Positions 7,542 through 13,386 of a stretch of DNA of 13,386 bases are shown here, piece by piece; position 1 is the stretch's first letter, and each line of letters opens with the position of its first letter. Source of the DNA: Candidatus Cryosericum sp. (GTDB taxonomy: Bacteria; Caldisericota; Caldisericia; Cryosericales; Cryosericaceae); assembly GCA_049699855.1 (NCBI GenBank), contig JBNAWM010000038.1, positions 1 to 13,386 of the forward strand, read 5' to 3'. The notes beneath the pieces are model-generated. The model did not search any database. It had not been told where the DNA came from and was given only the letters and a program-made list of their open reading frames with translations. The translations under genes were made by a program, and so were the position numbers.

Positions 7542-8345
7542 ATGAGAACTTGGCGGTGCATCCTGTCCGGCATCGGTGCCCCATATGAAAACATGTCCAT
7601 TGATGAAGCGCTGTTCAAGGGTGCGTGCGTCTCCGGTATTCCCGTGCTCCGCCTCTACGGCTGGTCGCCCGCGACCGTCTCTTTGGGATTTGCTCAGCGA
7701 TCCTCGGAAGCACTTGACTTCACCGAATTGGAACGGAGGCACATCGCCTGGGTCAGGCGTCCTACGGGAGGCAGAGCCGTTCTCCATGACATGGAGATCA
7801 CCTATTCGGTCTCCGTCCCGGCCTCGGACACGCTTTATGACAAGGGTCTTGCAGCATCATACGAGTGGCTGTGCGATCCAATACTGAATGCTCTTCGTTC
7901 ACTGGGCGTTGAGGCTGAGCTCTCTCCGCACGGCTCGACGGGCTTTGTCTCAGCATCATGTTTTACTGCACCGGGCACCACGGACATCCTCGCACACGGT
8001 CGCAAAATTGTCGGCTCAGCGCAGATGCGCACGCGCGAGGGCTTTTTGCAGCATGGGTCGATCGTTCTTAAGAACGACCTTGACAAATTGTTCAGCGTCA
8101 TTCGATCGAGCCGGACTTCCCGTGAAGACGCCATCGCAAGGGCCGAACCTCTGATGACCAGCGTCAGCGAGGAGGCACATCGCCCCGTTTCCTACGCCGA
8201 GATGTCGAGAGCGCTCGTCCAGGCCTTCTCACATCTGGAGGAGATCCATCTTCACCAGGATACCCTGAGCGATACAGAGCTGCGTGAAGCCTCCCACATT
8301 GCCGAGCTGAAATACAGCCGCAATGACTGGAACGCTTTAAGATAG
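7542..8345 (+). CDS. lipM: LipM-like octanoyltransferase / single-domain lipoate-protein ligase (BPL_LplA_LipB family)
   Basis: NMSIDEAL, LRLYGWSPATVSLG, VRRPTGGRAVLH, SCF...GRKIVGSAQ and LQHGSI. The Cys-x14-Lys spacing matches B. subtilis LipM C150/K165. No LplA C-terminal domain (267 aa). The family is certain; lipM versus a small lplA is inferred. Confidence 0.8.
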   Translation: MRTWRCILSGIGAPYENMSIDEALFKGACVSGIPVLRLYGWSPATVSLGFAQRSSEALDFTELERRHIAWVRRPTGGRAVLHDMEITYSVSVPASDTLYDKGLAASYEWLCDPILNALRSLGVEAELSPHGSTGFVSASCFTAPGTTDILAHGRKIVGSAQMRTREGFLQHGSIVLKNDLDKLFSVIRSSRTSREDAIARAEPLMTSVSEEAHRPVSYAEMSRALVQAFSHLEEIHLHQDTLSDTELREASHIAELKYSRNDWNALR

Positions 8346-8354
8346 CAGGAATTA

Positions 8355-8419
8355 TGATATAGTTTACTGATTGTAATCTGAGTCGCCTGTCCAAAAGAGA
8401 GACAGATCCGACCGAGGAG
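8355..8419 (+). promoter_or_regulatory. Extended -10 promoter and RBS of the foldase operon
   Basis: TG-a-TATAGT at 8355-8363 in an AT-rich patch; SD GAGGAG at 8414-8419, 7 nt before ATG 8427. Confidence 0.55.
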
Positions 8420-8426
8420 TGACAGG

Positions 8427-10025
8427 ATGGGAAAAGAAAGCAGAATCAGACAGGAACGCAAAACAGGAATCATTGAGAAACCGAAACGCCGCAGAGATCG
8501 GTTTCCCATCGTCATGCGCATCATTGCCATTGTCCTTGTGGTCGCACTGGCGACGTGGGGAGTGTTCTTCTCGATCAAGAGTGCCACGGGCACGATTGCC
8601 TATCAGGTCGGAAGCGACAAGATCCTCCAGTCCGACATCACTGCGCGCGTTCAGAATTACATCGACATGTACAAGCAATATGGCATGGATCTGACAAGCC
8701 CCCAATACGCCAGCACCTTGGCATCAGTGCGGAAGAACGTCATCGACAGCTCCATCGAACAGGAGCTCTTCATTCAATACGCCAAATCCAAGAACATGAA
8801 GCTCGACGAGACGAAACTGAAAACTGCAGTCGATGCCGAGGTTGACAATGCCGTCAAGCAATCCCAGCAGCAGTTTGGAACAGACACGCAAGCCTTCAAC
8901 GATGCTGTCGTCGCCCAGTTCGGCTCAATGGACAACTTTAAGGCTAAGCTTCGCACCCAGATTCAACCGTACGTTGAACGACAGCAGCTGGCAGACGCCG
9001 TAACGGCAGAGGTCAATGCCAGCGTCACCGTCACTGATGCCGACATCAAAGCATATTTCGCATCCGAAGGCCGCGTCGATGCTGATCATCTCCTCATTAC
9101 CGTCGACAGCACAAAGGATTCGGCTTCGACCATTGCCTCCAAGAAAAGACTTGCCCAGTCGATCTACGACGACATTATGAAGCAGAAGGCATCCAATACC
9201 GCTTTTGACTTTGCGAAGTATGCGCAGGACAAAGCGGCAGAACTGAATAAAACGACCCCCGGATCAGCCAGGTACGAAAACCTGGGATTCTTCACCAAGG
9301 GACAGATGGTCACGGCATTCGAGACTGCCGCCTTTGCAGCCAAGGTCGGCGACATCGTTGGCCCCGTCCAGACAGACTTCGGGTTCCACATCATTCACAA
9401 GATTGCCGAGGAACCAGTCAGCTCGATCTATGACACGCCTGAAACGGTCAAGGCCGCCCACATTGTGATCGGTTTTGGCACTGGCGACCAGACGACGGCA
9501 GCAAAAGCCGCGGAAACGCAAGCAAACAAGGTTTATGCGGACCTTCAGAAGGGTCTCTCCTTCAAGACCGCCATTTCTAAGTACTCGACCGATGCCGACG
9601 CCAAGACGGGAGGAATCCTGGACTACTTCTCCAGCACGGACAATGCAACGCGGTTTGATGCCCTGAAGGGCCTCAAGGTCGGCCAGTACAGCAAGCCTTT
9701 TGTGAACGGCTCCTCCTACGAAATCGTTCAGCTGCTTGACCGAAAGCCCTTCGTCAAGGCGACGCTGAGCGACAAGACCATCTATGACAAAGTTAAGACT
9801 GCCCTGGAAGATGAGCGCAGAACGGAAGCAAACGCTGCTCTGGTGGCTAAGCTCAAGCAGCAGTATCCCGTTCGTGAAGGTCGGTGGTCCGTCATCTCGA
9901 CCTGGTACAGTAATGGTATCGGCAAGGTGTTCAGTGCTATCGGCCAGTGGATTGTAAAGGCCACCGGCAAGGGAACGACGACGACTCCGGCGACGACCGT
10001 GCCCGTCACCCCATCGGCTCAATAG
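8427..10025 (+). CDS. Membrane-anchored SurA/PrsA/PpiD-like foldase (peptidylprolyl isomerase) with two parvulin domains
   Basis: Basic N-tail plus a TM helix (no lipobox Cys), a SurA-N-like helical domain (IDSSIEQELFIQYAK, VTVTDADIKAYF), parvulin 1 (ADHLLI...LGFFTKGQMVTAFETAAF...GPVQTDFGFHII), parvulin 2 (AAHIVI...KYSTD...GGILDYF...YSKPF), a C-terminal helix and a Thr/Pro tail. Confidence 0.9.
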   Translation: MGKESRIRQERKTGIIEKPKRRRDRFPIVMRIIAIVLVVALATWGVFFSIKSATGTIAYQVGSDKILQSDITARVQNYIDMYKQYGMDLTSPQYASTLASVRKNVIDSSIEQELFIQYAKSKNMKLDETKLKTAVDAEVDNAVKQSQQQFGTDTQAFNDAVVAQFGSMDNFKAKLRTQIQPYVERQQLADAVTAEVNASVTVTDADIKAYFASEGRVDADHLLITVDSTKDSASTIASKKRLAQSIYDDIMKQKASNTAFDFAKYAQDKAAELNKTTPGSARYENLGFFTKGQMVTAFETAAFAAKVGDIVGPVQTDFGFHIIHKIAEEPVSSIYDTPETVKAAHIVIGFGTGDQTTAAKAAETQANKVYADLQKGLSFKTAISKYSTDADAKTGGILDYFSSTDNATRFDALKGLKVGQYSKPFVNGSSYEIVQLLDRKPFVKATLSDKTIYDKVKTALEDERRTEANAALVAKLKQQYPVREGRWSVISTWYSNGIGKVFSAIGQWIVKATGKGTTTTPATTVPVTPSAQ

Positions 10026-10027
10026 CT

Positions 10028-10867
10028 ATGTCGGCAAGGCGAAACGACCATAAAACAGACTCCCTTGGGGTTCGCGGGCACAAGGGCGTCCGTGTTGTAC
10101 TGCTTTCGGTTGTCGCAGGAGTATTGGTCGTGGCTGCTATTGCCGCGGTCATTGGCATCCCGATCATCAATTCGCGTGCTGTCGCATTTTATGTCGACGG
10201 CACGCCCATCCTCCAGCAGTACGTTTCCGCAATGGTCTCCGACCTTCCATTTGACATTTCCAGCAACTACTACAACAGCAGGATAGGTCTTGCCAATTCT
10301 TCGGACCCGAAGACGCAATATCTCATCACGGGGCTCACGAATGAAGCCTACCAGCGCCTCGTCATCATGGTCGCCGAATCGAACCTGGCAGCAAAGCAAC
10401 AGATCGCCCTGACCCCGTCGGCTCTCGATTCGGCCCTCGACGCGTACGTAAAGGATCACGTGACTCCCGGCGATTCAGCACAGGAGCAGCAACTGAGGAC
10501 GCCGGCAATGCAGTTCTATGTTCAACTTCGGGAACTCTCCAAAGCATACGAGGACAAGCTGACGGAAAACGTCAGCATCTCGCCAGCCGAAGTCAAGGAA
10601 TACTACGACACGTGGGGTTGGAACTATACCGACAAGGCTGGCCACCCGCTCACTATTCAGCAAGCTGGAACAAAACTTGTGGACGATGCCCTGACGAACA
10701 AGAAGTTTCACATGGTTCTCCAGCAGCGTGACCAGCTCCTTAAGACCGAGGTTCCTCTGGTCAACGGCGACACGAGGTACAAGCAGTTTATGAGGTGGTG
10801 GGATATCATGTTTGGCATATCCGTTCCGGATTCGCTTCAGCCACTGACGGTGGGCGCTGGATCGTGA
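10028..10867 (+). CDS. Membrane-anchored SurA N-terminal-like chaperone domain protein with no PPIase domain
   Basis: ATG 2 nt after the previous stop (279 aa). TM helix, AFYVDGTPI, a helical segment ending AAKQQIALTPSALDSALD, and VSISPAEVKEYYD, all matching SurA-N/PrsA landmarks and collinear with the upstream gene. Confidence 0.7.
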   Translation: MSARRNDHKTDSLGVRGHKGVRVVLLSVVAGVLVVAAIAAVIGIPIINSRAVAFYVDGTPILQQYVSAMVSDLPFDISSNYYNSRIGLANSSDPKTQYLITGLTNEAYQRLVIMVAESNLAAKQQIALTPSALDSALDAYVKDHVTPGDSAQEQQLRTPAMQFYVQLRELSKAYEDKLTENVSISPAEVKEYYDTWGWNYTDKAGHPLTIQQAGTKLVDDALTNKKFHMVLQQRDQLLKTEVPLVNGDTRYKQFMRWWDIMFGISVPDSLQPLTVGAGS

Positions 10868-12540
10868 CACATCCTCGCAAGCATCTCCCTGCGCCTGCGG
10901 CGGTACCCGAGGGAGCCACTGCGACGCCCCCCAGGAAGAGCCATTCATCGCGCAACAGGCACTCTTCCTCGGGCAATTACAGGAACGCTCCTCCGACAGG
11001 ACCCTCGCTCAGCAAGTATGGCGAGCTCTTTCAGGAAGTTCAGGATGAGGTCAGCTACTTCCTTCCTGTCGATGCTCTGGCAGCAGGTACATACCGATAT
11101 CTCTATCACCTTGGCGACTATTCGCCGGCAAGCATTGCCCAGATGCAGCAGTTTCTCTCAGAAAAACGAGAAACGCTCGCGCATCTGGATCAGGGCAAGC
11201 TCAGCAACGCTGAGCACCGTTCTGCGCTTATTCTCATGCCCTACATCGACAGCATCTCCCGCCTTCTCGAGTCAGGCTACTTTGACGACACGCTGTGGCA
11301 GCTGCGCAATGCCAGGAAGGGGATCTATCAACTGCTCTACATGACAGAGATTCCCATGTACATTCGGGGCAAAGCGATCGTTCACCGATTTGAGGAGCTG
11401 TATACGCCTCCCACAGCCCCTGCCCAAACAATCCAGTTCCTCTCGGACTCTCACAGAAAGGTGGCTCTGGAAGAACTCCACCTCATGATCCAGTATCTCG
11501 ACTTTGCCGAGGACAAAGCCAGCCGCTTTGACGACAAGCAGATCATCGCAGAACGCGTGCAGAAGACACGCCAGTATTTAGGCAGGATCGAGATGAGGGC
11601 AGGCTCAGGAGGCAGTACGAGCGTCTCTCCCCGTGGTCCTCTGGCGTCTGTTCTGTTTTCCTCCTTCGATGAAGCGCAGGCTGCCGAAACGCAGGGACAC
11701 CTTGAGCGTGAGATCGATGTACTACGACGTCAGCTCACTGAAAAAGCAGGCCAGATTGATGGCTCGCGGCCTCCGGAGCGCGTCCTGGAAGAAACCCTCA
11801 GTGCTTCGCTTGAAAGGAAGCTTGACCAGACTGCCCTTGATGTCTGGATGAATACCGACTACCCTCGGTTGCGGTCGTTCTTTCCTGGCTACAAGTTACT
11901 GCCGACACCTGTTCCATCAGCGGCCGAGGGTAGTCTCCTCCCGCCGTATGATGCTTCCGAAGCTCTGTCCCTGAAAGGAACATCACTTGAAGGCAGGCAG
12001 ACTGTCTGTCCGATTGTCTTCTCCAGGCGCTGTCTTTCGCCTGAACTTGCCATCATGATGACCTACTTCCCTGGCAAGGCATACATCCAGTCTGCTATCT
12101 CGAGCTGGGACCCAGGGCTTCCCTTCAACATCCAGCGAACTACCTTCATTTCCGCCTTGGCTCTCTTCGAACTGCAAAACCTTGCCGATCTGGATGGCAT
12201 GATGACTCCTGCGAACAGCCTTCTGGCCACGCTCATGCTTCTCATCGAGGATGTGGCTTCAGCCCTGGACCTCGGAATACTTCAGAATCGGCTCTCCCAC
12301 GGCGATGCTGCTTCCTATTTTCGTGAACAGCTGCCACTGAGCGCGGACCTTGCGGCATCTTTTTCCACCACAGCTACTTCTGATTACGGATTTTCTCTTG
12401 CCCGTTTCGTTGCCCGGTCGCGACTGCGTGAACTGAGAAAAGCCTCTCGAGCCAGTAACAAAAAGGTGTCCTGGACAACGTTCTACCGTGGACTTCTCGA
12501 ACAGGGCACATTTGATCCAGTCCAGCTCCACTCTCCATGA
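10864..12540 (+). CDS. DUF885-like protein with degenerate metal-binding motifs
   Basis: GTG start in a GTGA overlap with the upstream stop (558 aa). PVDALAAG...LGDYSPA...LDQGKLS at the N-terminus, YFPG, and ...LRELRK...FYRGLLEQG at the C-terminus resemble DUF885 landmarks. The CDS is well supported by operon coupling at both ends; the family call is moderate. Confidence 0.6.
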   Translation: MTHPRKHLPAPAAVPEGATATPPRKSHSSRNRHSSSGNYRNAPPTGPSLSKYGELFQEVQDEVSYFLPVDALAAGTYRYLYHLGDYSPASIAQMQQFLSEKRETLAHLDQGKLSNAEHRSALILMPYIDSISRLLESGYFDDTLWQLRNARKGIYQLLYMTEIPMYIRGKAIVHRFEELYTPPTAPAQTIQFLSDSHRKVALEELHLMIQYLDFAEDKASRFDDKQIIAERVQKTRQYLGRIEMRAGSGGSTSVSPRGPLASVLFSSFDEAQAAETQGHLEREIDVLRRQLTEKAGQIDGSRPPERVLEETLSASLERKLDQTALDVWMNTDYPRLRSFFPGYKLLPTPVPSAAEGSLLPPYDASEALSLKGTSLEGRQTVCPIVFSRRCLSPELAIMMTYFPGKAYIQSAISSWDPGLPFNIQRTTFISALALFELQNLADLDGMMTPANSLLATLMLLIEDVASALDLGILQNRLSHGDAASYFREQLPLSADLAASFSTTATSDYGFSLARFVARSRLRELRKASRASNKKVSWTTFYRGLLEQGTFDPVQLHSP

Positions 12541-13214
12541 ACCTCTCACCTGAAACAGAAGAAACAGGTCACCCTGTCTTTCTTGCCATCGCAGGCAATA
12601 TCGGCGTCGGCAAATCGACACTCACCAGGCACTTGGCCGAGAAGTGGCACATGGCTCTGCTGCCCGAACCGGTAAAGCAGAATCCGTTTCTGAAGCTTTA
12701 CTACGATGATCCAAAACGGTGGGGGCTGCAGTCTCAGCTGTTCTTTCTCACGCAGAGAGTCAGACTCTTCAAGGAGTCCGGGACGCTGAACGCAGCCAAA
12801 ATTGTCGACCGCACTCTGTACGAGGACGCCGAGATCTTCGCGCGGGCAGCACTTCCGCGCGCTGAATATGATGTCTATCTTCAGCTCTACGAATATCTGC
12901 TGGAAAACCTCCCTGTCCCCGATCTTGTCGTGTATCTGCGTGCATCCGCCACCACGCTGACGCGCCGTATCCAGTCGCGCGGCCGCTCGTTCGAGAAGTC
13001 CCTCCCCTCGTCCTATCTTCGCAAGCTCAACAGGTATTACGACTCTTGGGCGGCGGCATTCGACCGGGCGCCCCTGATTTCAATCGACACCGACGATCTT
13101 GACCTGTTCAGCCTTTTCGGCGAATATGAGAAGGTCACTGATCGAATTGCCGAAACGCTTTCACAGAGAGGACTATTATGGCCGAGTATGATTATGACAC
13201 CCAGGCATTCCTGA
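12537..13214 (+). CDS. Deoxynucleoside kinase (Dck/Dgk family)
   Basis: P-loop AGNIGVGKST, EP, QLFFL, DRTLYED, PDLVVYLRA and lid RIQSRGRSFE; ATGA overlap with the upstream gene. Confidence 0.95.
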   Translation: MNLSPETEETGHPVFLAIAGNIGVGKSTLTRHLAEKWHMALLPEPVKQNPFLKLYYDDPKRWGLQSQLFFLTQRVRLFKESGTLNAAKIVDRTLYEDAEIFARAALPRAEYDVYLQLYEYLLENLPVPDLVVYLRASATTLTRRIQSRGRSFEKSLPSSYLRKLNRYYDSWAAAFDRAPLISIDTDDLDLFSLFGEYEKVTDRIAETLSQRGLLWPSMIMTPRHS

Positions 13215-13386
13215 GCATTCTTCCGGAACCTCTTCAACAAGCTCTCAAGAGGACCGACCGGTTCGACGAGCTTGTCGAAGTCGTTCTCGACCTCGGGCGC
13301 GTCCCTGAGGCACGATTTGAGTTCGATTTTGTTCCCCTGAGCGAGAACAAGGTCACCCGGGGGGACATTGACTCCATCGTTCATAA
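13178..13386 (+). CDS. Ycf45 / SpoIIIAA-like AAA ATPase (often R3H-containing), N-terminal fragment running off the right edge
   Basis: Hand translation from ATG 13178 (SD AGGA 5 nt upstream): MAEYDYDTQAFLSILPEPLQQALKRTDRFDELVEVVLDLGRVPEARFEFDFVPLSENKVTRGDIDSIVH. 'EVVLDLGRxPEARF' is the characteristic Ycf45-family N-terminal motif. Overlaps the dNK gene by 37 nt. Confidence 0.85.
   Translation, partial: MAEYDYDTQAFLSILPEPLQQALKRTDRFDELVEVVLDLGRVPEARFEFDFVPLSENKVTRGDIDSIVH

Noticed and set aside
9975..9998. ACG trinucleotide run as a phase-variable repeat
   Set aside because: It is short and in-frame, and simply encodes the Thr-rich tail.
9947..10027. Upstream extensions of the 306-aa and 581-aa ORFs (9947-10027 and 10795-10863)
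   Set aside because: Both overlap the preceding genes. Coupled starts at ATG 10028 and GTG 10864 are more parsimonious.
13037..13384. 115-aa minus-strand ORF as a convergent gene
   Set aside because: It is the antisense shadow of the Ycf45-like gene and dNK; the plus frame has an SD and a recognisable motif.
1..13386. tRNA, rRNA, CRISPR arrays, IS elements, prophage or defence genes
   Set aside because: The window is almost fully coding with intergenic gaps under 150 bp. No repeat-spacer pattern, cloverleaf, or transposase/integrase motif was seen.

Overview
Bacterial chromosomal housekeeping region, moderately GC-rich by eye, with two gene runs diverging from a ~110-bp intergenic region (7430-7541). 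The minus-strand run is a class I SAM methyltransferase, cdaA (diadenylate cyclase), cdaR (YbbR), truB, ribF, rpsO, pnp and a partial M16-family peptidase. The plus-strand run is a LipM-like octanoyltransferase/lipoate ligase, a membrane-anchored SurA/PrsA-type foldase with two parvulin domains, a shorter foldase paralog with no parvulin domain, a DUF885-like protein that appears to have lost its metal-binding motif, a deoxynucleoside kinase and a partial Ycf45/SpoIIIAA-like AAA ATPase. The two partial edge genes are missing from the supplied ORF track and were translated by hand. No tRNA, rRNA, CRISPR or mobile element was seen. The best leads are a long G-U-rich hairpin in the rpsO leader (candidate S15 autoregulatory RNA), the tightly coupled foldase pair / dead DUF885 / dNK / Ycf45 operon, a probably leaderless lipM promoter tiled by three palindromes, a cdaAR module lacking glmM, and a TruB with a His-to-Phe change. 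All family calls come from motif recognition by eye; no database searches were run.
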